The notes under the pieces were generated by a model. It was given only the letters and a program-made list of their open reading frames with translations. It was not told the origin of the DNA and ran no database searches. Position numbers and translations under genes: made by a program. Shown here in pieces: positions 8,753 to 19,675 of a stretch of DNA of 64,000 nt (within the stretch, counting starts at the first letter, position 1; each line of letters begins with the position of its first letter). The stretch is from an uncultured virus (IMG/VR IMGVR_UViG_3300028107_000045). Its lineage: Duplodnaviria > Heunggongvirae > Uroviricota > Caudoviricetes. The stretch is from IMG/VR virus record IMGVR_UViG_3300028107_000045; one strand, given 5' to 3'.

Positions 8753-11700
8753 ATGAACTTCCCCTTAGTTCCCGAATACAAAACAGACCTGCTGCATGTA
8801 AACCCGGATAACCAGAAACGAGGGGAACCGTTCACTTTAGAGCGTAGTACCTACAGCCGTATCCTGGTGCCGCGGCATGCACCGGCATTCGCCAAGAGTG
8901 TGCGTCTGTACAACGCCAACCTCCAGGAACTGATTCCTGGTAAGGACTGGCGTATTTTCAAGATCATGCCAGCACTGACCGAGCTTACCGCTACGTCGGT
9001 AACTTGCATGATTGAAGTAATGAATACCGAAGTCCTATCGGGGTTCATTGATTACGATATCGTCGGGGAGTTCAGTCTGTTCGATGAGTCCCTGATGCAA
9101 ATGATCGCCGAGATGGTTGGTCAGGATATCGACAAGGTGTCGTGGGATCAGATCCGTAACAAGCCGGAATGGTTCAAACCTAAGCTGCACGGTCATAGCC
9201 TGATCTACGATATCATGTATTTCAAAGACTTCGTGGATCTGGTAGACGGTGTGCTCACCATCGCCAAGACCCAAGGACGTACAGTAGTAGAGGCGAAAAT
9301 CTCGCACTACTTCAATACGTTCACTAACTACCTCAACGCATACAAGACCGAGATCAAGGCTAAACTGGATGCCCACAAAGCAGCCTATAACGCCCACGGC
9401 CTTAATAAAGGCCATATCGGTCTGCCGCTGGTAGATAACTTCGGCACCGTACGTGGTCAAGACGCGCTGGTCAAGCGTAGCGACAAACACTTGACCCCAA
9501 CCGGGCTGAAAGCGATCATCCGTACCCAAGCAGCTGATCTGGATAAGCTGCTGCCAGTCAACCAGTTGCCCATCTCGCAGTTTGGTAACAGTAACTTCAT
9601 TCCACCATCGATCGCTGGTTCGTTTGAAGGCCTGGGTGGTATCTCGGAATCCGCAGCCATCTGCATGGAAACCGACGGCACTATCGTTATGCTCGAGAAC
9701 CGCATGGACGGTCGTGTCCAGGGTCTGTATTTCTCGACCATTACCAACCCGTATGTGAACCCAAAACGTACCTACTCCGCTTACCAGTACGAACACCAAA
9801 AGTTCAAAGCTGAGAATAGCAACCCGGACCGTGTTGTTCAGGGTTCGGGTAGTGAGATCATCATGGTAATGGACTCGCTTAACGGCAAGTTCTTCCTGGG
9901 TCTGACTAACGGTACACTGGATCCTGGCAAACACGTTTACTCTTTAGTAGACATGTCTGCGGTTAAAGCAGTTTTCCCAGACGGCTCCGATAACCTGTTG
10001 TCTTGGGTTGGGCAGATGTCGATTGTCAGCATGGGCGACTGGATCTATCTGTTTGCTGCGTCACCGTACGTGAACAGAACCGCACCGTACCCTGCTGGTA
10101 ACAACTTCCGTCACTGCTTCCGTGCGCCTAAGGCAACCGTACAGTTAACCAACCCAGTGGCGTTTACTCCGGTTAACCTTACGTATCGGGATGGTGACAA
10201 CGTTCAGGTAACCAACCAGCCTTACTGGCGTTGGGGTACTCCGGTACCGGTACCAGGCGGGACTCCCGACGAGTACAGCAAATGGTACTTCACCTTCGTG
10301 CAGACTACCGGCGTTAGGAGTACTGGTAGTTATCGCTCACAACCGTCCTATGCCTGTGAGATTCCGACCAAGCCTGGTAAATACCAGTTACGGTTTGCTT
10401 CGGCATGGTGGGCTAACTACACCATTCCCAATTTGTCGCAAACCTTTAACTGCATGATCGAGATGGTGTACGAGATCGATCCGGCTACTAACGTCATGAC
10501 GTTAGTACGCCAAACACCGAAGACTGCTCCAGTAGACTTTACTGCCGGTGATCACGAGTTGTCTAACACCATGTACGGTTTGGTGTTCCTCGACAAAGAA
10601 CAAGGTTCGGCTATACTCGAAGACGGTACGTTGATTTGTTCTACTGCGGCATACCAGTCGTTCCCACGTGGCTTTGTCATGTATCGTGCTAAGGCGGCTA
10701 AATCGCGCTGGGCGATGATGAACCGCGGTTGGAACCTTGGGCTAGGTGAACTGGAACAGTACGTAGACCAAATGGAAGAGATTGTTAGTCCATTGAAGTC
10801 TTCGGTCAAACCAAGATCCTTCCTGCTAGGTAACAAAGGCGACTTCTTCTGTGCAGCGGATCCAACCACGTTGACGTTCAACCGTTTGTACTACCGGTCT
10901 TCGCCTGGTAAGCTTGCGCCACAGGCTAACGTGACTAACCTGTACCTGGGCAACATTTACGCACGACCGTTATCTAACGACGTACGTGAAGTCCGTGGTC
11001 CATCTACCATGGGTGGTGCTACAGTTACCGGTCCGTCTGCTTCGTTGGCAGGTATCACGGACGCCGGACTGGCTACGTTCTGCTTTGCTACAGAGACTCG
11101 TTGGCAGAACGGTGGTACTTTACCTGGAGAGTGGCCTACTACTGCGAGCTTGGATGACATCAAGTTGATGGTGGATCACACTATCCGCAACGAGGCTAAC
11201 CTTGAATGCACGGTAGTGCCTAATGGGACCATCCTCTACCCTAAAGCAATCGTTGATCGCTTTAAGAACGAGGTGGCTGATCCAGCAGGTCTTGCAATTT
11301 GCCCTACTGTTATCGTGCAGGTATGTGACCCTACTGGTGGCCCGCTTACTGCCAAGTTCGGCTGGTTACCGGTGTTTGTGGTGGTTAGTTGGGCAAAGGT
11401 CGGAACTACCCAACGACGCACTACCCTGATGTCTATTGCTCCTACCTACTCCGGTGGTACGGACAAGACTGTCACTAACTACACAGTGTTGGACAAAATC
11501 CATTATGGTGAGGGTATCGACAACGTAGCCGCTGATCTCACTCCCACTAAATGGGTTGTGGCACTAGGCGGTAACCAACCAAACGGCACCCATGGCGCCA
11601 TGCGTGTAGGTTATTACGTAGACGGTAACACCGTGCATGGTTACGTAGACGCAGGTCTCCAGGCAGCGGGTATCGGCGACGCGTTGGTAGTTAAGTTCCT

Positions 11701-12313
11701 CTTTAAATACACCGACCGTGCTAGTAAGCGTTGGTCTGCAACACCTGGTGACGTAGTTGGTTACATCATCGGTCAGTCTGGCGGTGGTAACCACCAAGCA
11801 GTTGTTCCGGATGGCGGGGTGGTGCAAGCCTATCCTCACATCACAACTACTGGTGGTGCTGCTACGATCTTCGAGTCTTACAACGGGAGTGGTATCAACT
11901 ACCTGTTGGGTTCGGTTTACCCACAGTCCGGTTGGTTCTTGTATTTCCAGACTGAAATCCAGGCGGTGTTCAACGGTATCCCGTATACGTTCCCGGTGGG
12001 CTCGGTTGACCTTCGGACAATTGATCCATCACCTGGTAACAAGACGTTCTATATCTACGCAATGGTGGAAGACGGTAAAGCCACCTACGTGATTGCTCAG
12101 GATCAGCGACTTGAATCGCCGTTCCAAGTTTGGGTAGCCAAGGTAACCACCAACGCCACCCAGATCATTGAGATTGAACGTTTCAACGTATTCGCCATCA
12201 ACGGCAACCGCGTATCTGAAATCAAACGTGGTGGTGCTATCCCTGCGACTTCTGGTCTTGCTAGCAAAGAAGGTCAGCTGCCATGGATTCGAGATAACGA
12301 ACTTATCCCTTAA
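8753..12313 (+). CDS. Tail fibre-like protein 1 (phiKZ gp131 family)
   Basis: ~1186 aa; NAHGLNKGHIGL motif, FIPPSIAGSFEG block, C-terminal domain shared with the paralogues (DLRTIDPSP.NKTFYIY...GGAIP); ATG chosen from AAGGTG RBS. Confidence 0.7.
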   Translation: MNFPLVPEYKTDLLHVNPDNQKRGEPFTLERSTYSRILVPRHAPAFAKSVRLYNANLQELIPGKDWRIFKIMPALTELTATSVTCMIEVMNTEVLSGFIDYDIVGEFSLFDESLMQMIAEMVGQDIDKVSWDQIRNKPEWFKPKLHGHSLIYDIMYFKDFVDLVDGVLTIAKTQGRTVVEAKISHYFNTFTNYLNAYKTEIKAKLDAHKAAYNAHGLNKGHIGLPLVDNFGTVRGQDALVKRSDKHLTPTGLKAIIRTQAADLDKLLPVNQLPISQFGNSNFIPPSIAGSFEGLGGISESAAICMETDGTIVMLENRMDGRVQGLYFSTITNPYVNPKRTYSAYQYEHQKFKAENSNPDRVVQGSGSEIIMVMDSLNGKFFLGLTNGTLDPGKHVYSLVDMSAVKAVFPDGSDNLLSWVGQMSIVSMGDWIYLFAASPYVNRTAPYPAGNNFRHCFRAPKATVQLTNPVAFTPVNLTYRDGDNVQVTNQPYWRWGTPVPVPGGTPDEYSKWYFTFVQTTGVRSTGSYRSQPSYACEIPTKPGKYQLRFASAWWANYTIPNLSQTFNCMIEMVYEIDPATNVMTLVRQTPKTAPVDFTAGDHELSNTMYGLVFLDKEQGSAILEDGTLICSTAAYQSFPRGFVMYRAKAAKSRWAMMNRGWNLGLGELEQYVDQMEEIVSPLKSSVKPRSFLLGNKGDFFCAADPTTLTFNRLYYRSSPGKLAPQANVTNLYLGNIYARPLSNDVREVRGPSTMGGATVTGPSASLAGITDAGLATFCFATETRWQNGGTLPGEWPTTASLDDIKLMVDHTIRNEANLECTVVPNGTILYPKAIVDRFKNEVADPAGLAICPTVIVQVCDPTGGPLTAKFGWLPVFVVVSWAKVGTTQRRTTLMSIAPTYSGGTDKTVTNYTVLDKIHYGEGIDNVAADLTPTKWVVALGGNQPNGTHGAMRVGYYVDGNTVHGYVDAGLQAAGIGDALVVKFLFKYTDRASKRWSATPGDVVGYIIGQSGGGNHQAVVPDGGVVQAYPHITTTGGAATIFESYNGSGINYLLGSVYPQSGWFLYFQTEIQAVFNGIPYTFPVGSVDLRTIDPSPGNKTFYIYAMVEDGKATYVIAQDQRLESPFQVWVAKVTTNATQIIEIERFNVFAINGNRVSEIKRGGAIPATSGLASKEGQLPWIRDNELIP

Positions 12314-12319
12314 CCACCC

Positions 12320-12349
12320 TAGGAGGAAGGGGGATACCCTTTCCTCCTA
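12320..12349 (+). terminator. Intergenic hairpin
   Basis: TAGGAGGAAGGG...CCCTTTCCTCCTA inverted repeat directly after the stop; no long U tract. Confidence 0.6.
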
Positions 12350-12369
12350 TTAACCTCTAAGGTGCAAAA

Positions 12370-15300
12370 GTGGATATTAAGCTGATCAATACCTTCGATA
12401 TCCGGGGGACTAACCCGGCTAACAAAGTAGTAAAAGAAGAGATTACGATTGAAGACGGCTGCCCTTGGGTTATTCCTAACGGGTCGCCGTTCTTTGGGGA
12501 TTACCCCACCGGGGCACAACAACCCCTTACCATCGTCTATAACGAGGATGGCGGCGAATTAAAACGGGACCGGGATTACTTCATCGAAGAAGAGTTCATG
12601 CCCTTAGTGGTCGTCTCTGGACGTCCTATCATGTGTTTCATCCGGTTATCCGATGCAATTCTGGAAGCCAACAAGAAAGTCTTTGTAACTTACCAATCGG
12701 TAGGTGCGTATTTTGTAATTCGTAACGGTCTGAAAGAACTGTTAGCACAAACGTCGATGCCTGGCCGCAAATGGGACTGGTCGCAAATCATTGGTTTGCC
12801 TGATGGGTACCCTGCTAGCCGCCACTTGCATTCGGTACGTACCGAGATCGGGGACTGGTTTGAGATGACCGGGTTTTTCAAGCACATGGCTAACAACGTT
12901 AACCTGCGCGACTTAGGTGACGTTGGTGAAATCAGCCCTGCTGTTAAAGTCTTCTTTGACCAGCTGTATGCCCTGCGGGATACCAACAACACCAAGATCA
13001 ACACCCACGCAGCTAACTACAACAACGCTCACGTTATTGTTAAAGCGGATCTGGATTTGGGTAACCACCCGAACTATGCAACGGGTACGCAAGCAGACCA
13101 CAACGCTGGTACTGCTGCTAACCTGTTGGCTACTCCGGATGGCGTGTACAATCTGGTAGAGCAAACCCTGACAGATACGTCGATGTCCATGGACGTAGGG
13201 GTAATGCCCGTCAGTAAGTTTGGTGGTGACTCTTTTATCCCCCCAAACATCTCCGGTAGCTTTGAGGGCCTTGGATCTTTGTCGGTGTCTTCGGCCTTTT
13301 GTCTGGAGAAATCCGGTATCGTCATGATGCTGACACCTCACAACGACGGACGTAATGAGGGGTTGTACTACTCACAGGTAACCGAGTTCCAGTCGGATAA
13401 CCCCAAGATCACTTATACCGGTTTTAAATACGACGCACCGTCACTGTTAAGTAAAGGGTTCAACCCTACGTCAGTAATCGGTGGTAGCAACCACCGGGTT
13501 ATCATGGTGGGTGATGACAAACTAGATCGTTGGTTTGTAGCACTGACCAACGGCACACTCGATGCAGCGGCCCACATCTACACGGAAGTGGATATGGCCC
13601 CAGTATTAGCTAAAGGTAAGCAAGTACTGTCCGCCTATGCCAACAGTGACAATCGGATGAGTATCCACCTGATTGGTGAGTACGTGGTGTTGATTATTTC
13701 CCCTGGCACCAGCAACCAAGATATCCACTTGTTCTTCAAGATCCCAGTGGCACGTTTCAAAGAAGCCAATAACCTCCTGCAATGGGAACAAATCCTCTTA
13801 ACGTATAAAGACTACGAGGGTACTCAATATACTGCGGTAGAGCGTTTCCAGCCAATGAAGCAAGTGTTGGAAAACGGTGCAGTTAAACGCTGGGGTCCAA
13901 TCACTTACGCACAAACACCACTGTCGACCAACCGTGGCGGTAAGACGATGTTCCTGAATGGCAAGAAGCCCAATGACTCTGTGTCAGAGTACTTGTTCAT
14001 TCTGCAAGGTAACAACGCCAGTTATCGGACAGCTTCGGATACACGTACTGTGTCCGCTGTACTTGGTACGGGATATGAGCTTAACCCGGCTACTGGTGTA
14101 CTAACCGAGGTGTTCCGTACACCTTCGTGGACCGCTGATTTCGAGAACACCACGCAGGCTCAACGAGACGACTACACTCGTCAGCACTACTATCAGTTCT
14201 ACGACGGTTATGGGCAAGCAGCAGGATCGTGCGGGGTTATACTCAGTACGGGTGAAATCCTGATGGCTACCTCGTCTGGGGGTAACAACTTCCCGGCGTA
14301 TATGACCAAGTTGGTTTACGAGAACCGTAAGAGTGCTGCTGAAGTCCTGTCGCAACGCATGGACATTATCTTCAGCCCGATTGAGTACCAAAAGCGCATT
14401 AGTCAGACGGTGGGATCTCCATTGCTCAGCGGCGTGTTCCCTGGAAGCATGACCTTTGAACCGGACGGGGAGCTCTACTCTGCAACTGACCCAGTCACTA
14501 ACACCCGCAGAACGTTCTTCCGTAAGGTGACTGGTCCGTACGCTGTAAGACCACAGGTGACAAACACCACCGTAGATAACATCAAGTCGCGTCCGTTAAC
14601 CAACGATGTGTATTTGACTAACATGGCTTATTACGAGACCCCAATCGGGATTACTGGTAGCGCCGCTGAACTTACAGCAGGTGGTGTGGAGTGTGGTAGT
14701 ACCTCGTTAGCATCGATGGGTTATAGCAGCATGGGTGCTAGCCACTCATACCCGCGTACTGGTGCTTTCTTGGCTCCTGCGGCTAACGGTATGTTGCTGT
14801 CTTGCCCTAGGACTTTTAGCAAGGTCCTGGATGACAGCACCAAGCGTGCTACTTACAAACCGGATAGTTTCTACGGTGTGCGTCAGGCACTCATCGACAA
14901 AATGCAAGCGATGATCCCAGCCCAGTTCACTAACTACACTCCGTGGTCGGTATGTTTCCACATGCTCGGCAACGAGGTCGGTGGAATGTTCAAGGGACTG
15001 AACCTGGGTGTTGCGGTAATTGCATTCCACGAACCTAGTCGGTCTTTCTCTAGACAGATGTTTGTGCTGTTCCGTCCGGTAGTAGAAGAACCCAATGCTG
15101 ATCATCCTGATGTGCACTGGATTAAAGACATTACCGTACTGGATGTAACCGCGGCGTGGAGTTCCTGTCTCAACATTCGTATTCCGGAACAAAACCTGTT
15201 GGGACTCATTGGTGCACGAGCCAAAGCCGGGGTGTACATTTACCGTGATGGCAACAAACTGTTGTTCTACATCATGAACCCGTATACCTCCAACACCACA

Positions 15301-15978
15301 TCGACAATCTACACCAGACAGACTGCACGGTTTGATGTAGATATCTCGACCAACAAGTTCGAGAACATTTACTCTTATCAAGCATCCTGGTCTGTTCCGG
15401 ACCTGTGCGCACCTATTCCGAAGGTTGGGATGAGTGACGTTGGTCTTACTGGTGGGGTGGATAACTCGCGTATCAACACAGTTACTCCGGCGGTATTTGA
15501 CTATACTGGTGGTGCGGCTCGATTACTGCACCGTACGGATCCCAATAATGGTACTGTTGATTGGTACATTGGGCCGACTGTTTATCCTGACGTAGTCTGG
15601 ACTCTGTTCTTCCAGGACGGTATCCGAATCATGATAAATGGTACTGCTTACGAAATGCCGGGTGAAACGATCGACCTGTTGAGCATTGATCCTAGTCCCG
15701 CTAACAAGGTGTTCTACATCTACGTCACGCTGGAGGACCAGAAAGGTCGTTACGTCATCACACCTACCAAGCTACGCCACTCTGGGCGGTGCATGCACAT
15801 TGCTACCGTCACTACCAGTGCTACGCAGATCCTCACTATCGAACGGCTCCAGCCTTTCTTGATTGGCGACCTGGAACTGAGCACTAGCCGTAAAGGCGGG
15901 ATCATTCCTGTCAGTACGGGCTTGCCACAGGTTGAGGGTAACTTCGTGTTCCTCAAACAGAGTGAGCTCTTACCGTAA
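12370..15978 (+). CDS. Tail fibre-like protein 2 (phiKZ gp131 family)
   Basis: 1202 aa, GTG start after AAGGTG; clear paralogue of its neighbours. Confidence 0.7.
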   Translation: MDIKLINTFDIRGTNPANKVVKEEITIEDGCPWVIPNGSPFFGDYPTGAQQPLTIVYNEDGGELKRDRDYFIEEEFMPLVVVSGRPIMCFIRLSDAILEANKKVFVTYQSVGAYFVIRNGLKELLAQTSMPGRKWDWSQIIGLPDGYPASRHLHSVRTEIGDWFEMTGFFKHMANNVNLRDLGDVGEISPAVKVFFDQLYALRDTNNTKINTHAANYNNAHVIVKADLDLGNHPNYATGTQADHNAGTAANLLATPDGVYNLVEQTLTDTSMSMDVGVMPVSKFGGDSFIPPNISGSFEGLGSLSVSSAFCLEKSGIVMMLTPHNDGRNEGLYYSQVTEFQSDNPKITYTGFKYDAPSLLSKGFNPTSVIGGSNHRVIMVGDDKLDRWFVALTNGTLDAAAHIYTEVDMAPVLAKGKQVLSAYANSDNRMSIHLIGEYVVLIISPGTSNQDIHLFFKIPVARFKEANNLLQWEQILLTYKDYEGTQYTAVERFQPMKQVLENGAVKRWGPITYAQTPLSTNRGGKTMFLNGKKPNDSVSEYLFILQGNNASYRTASDTRTVSAVLGTGYELNPATGVLTEVFRTPSWTADFENTTQAQRDDYTRQHYYQFYDGYGQAAGSCGVILSTGEILMATSSGGNNFPAYMTKLVYENRKSAAEVLSQRMDIIFSPIEYQKRISQTVGSPLLSGVFPGSMTFEPDGELYSATDPVTNTRRTFFRKVTGPYAVRPQVTNTTVDNIKSRPLTNDVYLTNMAYYETPIGITGSAAELTAGGVECGSTSLASMGYSSMGASHSYPRTGAFLAPAANGMLLSCPRTFSKVLDDSTKRATYKPDSFYGVRQALIDKMQAMIPAQFTNYTPWSVCFHMLGNEVGGMFKGLNLGVAVIAFHEPSRSFSRQMFVLFRPVVEEPNADHPDVHWIKDITVLDVTAAWSSCLNIRIPEQNLLGLIGARAKAGVYIYRDGNKLLFYIMNPYTSNTTSTIYTRQTARFDVDISTNKFENIYSYQASWSVPDLCAPIPKVGMSDVGLTGGVDNSRINTVTPAVFDYTGGAARLLHRTDPNNGTVDWYIGPTVYPDVVWTLFFQDGIRIMINGTAYEMPGETIDLLSIDPSPANKVFYIYVTLEDQKGRYVITPTKLRHSGRCMHIATVTTSATQILTIERLQPFLIGDLELSTSRKGGIIPVSTGLPQVEGNFVFLKQSELLP

Positions 15979-15984
15979 CCACCG

Positions 15985-16003
15985 TAGGGGGCCTAGCCCC
16001 CTA
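15985..16003 (+). terminator. Intergenic hairpin
   Basis: TAGGGGGC-CTA-GCCCCCTA. Confidence 0.55.
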
Positions 16004-16023
16004 TTAACCTTCAAGGTGTTACA

Positions 16024-19000
16024 GTGGATATTAAAGTAATTAAAGACTTCGATGTACGGGGTACGAACCCCAACAACAAAGTCGTTAAGGAAGAGATCTT
16101 GATCGAGGATAAGACCTGTCCATGGGTTATTCCGAACGGTTCTCCTTTCTTTGGCGACTACCCTGCAAATGGGGTACCCATTGTAACCGTCTATAACGCC
16201 GCTGGCATAGCTTTAACCCGTGACATCGATTACTGGGTAGAGGAAGAGTTTATTCCTCTCGTAGCGGTTACTGGGCGTCCTATCATGTGCTTTGTAAGGC
16301 TGTCGGATGCTGTATTAGCGACGAACACTAAAGTGTTTGTTAGCTACCAGTCTACCGGTGCTTACTTCGTGGTGCGTAACGGTCTCAAGGACTTGCTGGA
16401 GAAAGTGAAGACCCCAGGGCGTACAGTTGACTGGAACCAGATCATAGATCTCCCGTTAACGTTCCCAGCTGGGCTGCACTACCACAACATCAAGACGGAA
16501 TTGACTGGTTGGTTTGAGCTGACTAGCTTTTTCGTCCATATTGCTAAGAGCATCCAGCAGCGTCCATACGGCCCATGGCAGCAGATCTCTACTCCGATCA
16601 AGGCGTTCTTTGATCAGTTGTACGCACTGCGTGACGCTCAGAACACTCGTGTTAATGACCATTCGTTGAACTACAACAACCCCCATGTTTTTACCAAACT
16701 CATGGCGGAGATGGATAAACACCCTAACTACGCCACCGGCAACCTGGCGGATCACATTGTGGGTACCGCAGCCAATCTGTTAGCTACACCGGAAGGTGTA
16801 ATGGCAATGATTGGTGACACGACGTTAAACACTGATGACTCGATGGACATGGGTGTTATGCCTATCAGTCGTTACGGTGGGGATTCCTATATTCCACCAA
16901 ACATCAGTGGTTCGTTCGAAGGTTTAGGTGGATTGTCTGTGTCGTCGGCTATCGTTCTGGAGAAGAGCGGGTTACTGATGATGGTAACTGCGCACAACGA
17001 CGGACGTAACGCTGGACTGTACTACTCGTATTGCACCGAGTACGACACCACCAAAGCCAACATTGTGTTTACTGGCTTTAAGTATGACGCACCTTCTTTA
17101 AGTTCGCGTGGCTTTACCCCTACCACGGTAATCGCTGGTAGTAACGCGGATCTGATAATGGTAGCTGATCTGAGCACCAGTGAGTATTACCTGGCACTGG
17201 CTAACGGTACTTTGGAGGCTAGCGCCCACCAGTTCGTGAAAATGGACATGACTGCGGTATGGGCTAAGGTAGGTGCTACTTACAAGGATAACGAATCCCG
17301 TACCAACATTCTGCGTGTTGGTGATTACGCTATCCTGCATATTGGTAACGGGGCTGGGATTAACGAACTCAGTACTTTCTTTAAGTGTCCATTGTCTGCC
17401 TTGGCCAACGCCTCTGATGCGACTTGGGTACACATGCCTGTTACCTACAAGGACTACGATGGTGTGCAATACACCAATGCCGACTCGTATCGTCCATGGG
17501 TCTGGCAGAGTGCTGCTCCTGAGGCTGGCTACAAGCGTGTAGGGCCTACCACGTTCCTGCAACCAGCAACAGCGGTTAACAAGAACGGCCGTACTGGATG
17601 CTTTGCTGCTAAGCACGCCACTAACACGGCACTCGGGTATATCTGCTTCATCATGTATGCCAACGCTTCTCGTTTGGTGAATGGTGCACAAGCAACCGCT
17701 CAAGGTGAGTACTCGATAGCTTACCAGCTCAACCCAGTTACTGGGGCACTGACCGAAACGTCACGACCCCCTACTAACGAGGTTGATTTCGTTAACCTCA
17801 CTCAGGCACAACGCGACGCACAGTCGCAACGGTTTTATCGCCAGTTCTACAACGCTGTCATCCAAAACTCTACCGCCTCGGTGACTATGCTAGACAACGG
17901 AGATATTCTCATCTCTACTTCCGGTAGTGGTTTGAATTTCCCACGGTCCTTAACGGTTTGTATTTATGCAGACCGGGTAAGTGGTGCGGATGTAATGACC
18001 AAACCCATGGACAAGGTAGCGGCCCCGCTTGCCGTATCTAGGAACGTTGTACCAGTAGTTATGTCTCCATTGCTCAGTGGTACCACTCCGTCTCGCGCTA
18101 CATACGAGGATGATGGCGAGCTCTACATGGCACAGGACCTTGCTGCTAACAACCGTAAGGTGTTCTTCCGCACGGTTACCGGTCCGTATGCAGTACGTCC
18201 GGAGTTAACTAACTTGACCTACAGCAACGTACGGTCTCGTCCATTAACCAACGACGTGTTCAACACCAACCTCACTTATGAAGACCCGCCGATCGGCATG
18301 AGTGGATCTGCGGCTGTGTTGACCGCAGGTAATACCGAGTGTGGTAGTACGTCCTTCTCGTACATGGGTTACAGCAGTATGGGGGCTAGACACCTGTTCC
18401 CTCGCGCTGCCTTGTTTAAACCACCTGCCGCGAACAACATGGTTCTCGCGTGTCCACGCACACATTCGAAGACCATCGAGACAGCAGCTAAGCGGGTTAC
18501 TTATAAAGCAGATACCTTCTACGGTTGCCGTCAAGACCTGCTAGATAAGTTCAAGGCAATGATCCCTGCTGAGTATACGGACTACCTGCCGTGGAGTGTT
18601 TCGATCAGCCTGCTCCAAGATGTTGCTGGCGGAGCATTCAAAGGTCTTAACTTGGGTGTGGCGATTATCTCGTTCTCTGACCCTAGTAAAGCCTTCATGC
18701 GGTTGATCCACGTACTGTTCCGCCCGGTCATCGAAAACCCTAATGCCGATCACCCTGACGTGTACTTGTTGAAAGACATTACTGAGTTAGATCGGTCAGC
18801 AGCACACCGGTCTGCTGCTAACGTACGGGTGGCTGAACAACAACTGGTTATCCCAGGGGCTGTGACACAGAGTTCGCTGCAGATGTACCGTGACGGTAAC
18901 CTGATCCAAGGGTTCTCTATTCTCCCGTACAGCACTAACTCAGTCGGCACCATTTACACTCGTCAGACTTCGTACTTCGTCATTAATACGACGACCAACA

Positions 19001-19626
19001 AGTTCGAGGCAATGACGGCACACAGTGTAGGGTGGAGTCCGGGTGACTTGACTGTGGCCATCCCTAAAGTCGGCCTTGCTGATTTCCGGGTTGGCGGGAC
19101 TACTACAGAGAACGGCACGTTAGCCTTCTCTACCACCATCCCACCTTATGAGGCAACTGGTGGTGTAGGTAGGGTCTTCAGCAGGACAAACCCAGATAAC
19201 TCGGTAGACATCTACATGGGTCCTACTGGCTATCCTGCGGTAGGGTGGACCGTGTTCTTCCAAGACGGTGTAACCATGATGGTAAACGGCACACCTTACA
19301 GTGTTCCTGGTACCAGCATTGACCTACGGGATATCGACTCAGCCCCATACAACAAAACGTTCTACGTTTACGTTACCTTGGAGGACCGTCGGGGGCGTTA
19401 CCTGATCTCTGATACCAAGCTACGTCATTCCGCTCGGCGCATGCATGTGGCGACGATTACCACAAGTGCTACACAGATCCTGACGATCGAACGTTTCCAA
19501 CCATTCTTGATTGGTGACCTCGAGTTGAGTTCCTACCGTAAGGGAGGAATCATTCCTGTCAGCTCTGGTCAGCCACAAGTTGACGGCGACTTTGTGTTCC
19601 TTAAGCAAAGCGAACTCTTACCTTAA
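16024..19626 (+). CDS. Tail fibre-like protein 3 (phiKZ gp131 family)
   Basis: 1200 aa, colinear with protein 2; both end FVFLKQSELLP. Confidence 0.7.
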   Translation: MDIKVIKDFDVRGTNPNNKVVKEEILIEDKTCPWVIPNGSPFFGDYPANGVPIVTVYNAAGIALTRDIDYWVEEEFIPLVAVTGRPIMCFVRLSDAVLATNTKVFVSYQSTGAYFVVRNGLKDLLEKVKTPGRTVDWNQIIDLPLTFPAGLHYHNIKTELTGWFELTSFFVHIAKSIQQRPYGPWQQISTPIKAFFDQLYALRDAQNTRVNDHSLNYNNPHVFTKLMAEMDKHPNYATGNLADHIVGTAANLLATPEGVMAMIGDTTLNTDDSMDMGVMPISRYGGDSYIPPNISGSFEGLGGLSVSSAIVLEKSGLLMMVTAHNDGRNAGLYYSYCTEYDTTKANIVFTGFKYDAPSLSSRGFTPTTVIAGSNADLIMVADLSTSEYYLALANGTLEASAHQFVKMDMTAVWAKVGATYKDNESRTNILRVGDYAILHIGNGAGINELSTFFKCPLSALANASDATWVHMPVTYKDYDGVQYTNADSYRPWVWQSAAPEAGYKRVGPTTFLQPATAVNKNGRTGCFAAKHATNTALGYICFIMYANASRLVNGAQATAQGEYSIAYQLNPVTGALTETSRPPTNEVDFVNLTQAQRDAQSQRFYRQFYNAVIQNSTASVTMLDNGDILISTSGSGLNFPRSLTVCIYADRVSGADVMTKPMDKVAAPLAVSRNVVPVVMSPLLSGTTPSRATYEDDGELYMAQDLAANNRKVFFRTVTGPYAVRPELTNLTYSNVRSRPLTNDVFNTNLTYEDPPIGMSGSAAVLTAGNTECGSTSFSYMGYSSMGARHLFPRAALFKPPAANNMVLACPRTHSKTIETAAKRVTYKADTFYGCRQDLLDKFKAMIPAEYTDYLPWSVSISLLQDVAGGAFKGLNLGVAIISFSDPSKAFMRLIHVLFRPVIENPNADHPDVYLLKDITELDRSAAHRSAANVRVAEQQLVIPGAVTQSSLQMYRDGNLIQGFSILPYSTNSVGTIYTRQTSYFVINTTTNKFEAMTAHSVGWSPGDLTVAIPKVGLADFRVGGTTTENGTLAFSTTIPPYEATGGVGRVFSRTNPDNSVDIYMGPTGYPAVGWTVFFQDGVTMMVNGTPYSVPGTSIDLRDIDSAPYNKTFYVYVTLEDRRGRYLISDTKLRHSARRMHVATITTSATQILTIERFQPFLIGDLELSSYRKGGIIPVSSGQPQVDGDFVFLKQSELLP

Positions 19627-19631
19627 CCCAG

Positions 19632-19655
19632 CTAGGTGGCTTGTACAGCACCTAG
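19632..19655 (+). terminator. Intergenic hairpin
   Basis: CTAGGTG...CACCTAG followed by TTTATTT. Confidence 0.55.
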
Positions 19656-19675
19656 TTTATTTGCAGGAGCTGGGA

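Noticed and set aside
9035..18953. Long minus-strand ORFs inside the fibre genes (e.g. 9035-9934, 14746-15381, 17098-17703)
   Set aside because: Shadow frames of real genes; not conserved between the paralogues.
19580..19675. Longer start for fibre 4, suggesting overlap or frameshift fusion with fibre 3
   Set aside because: A hairpin and a good RBS precede ATG 19676; no slippery sequence seen; the extension is not protein-like.
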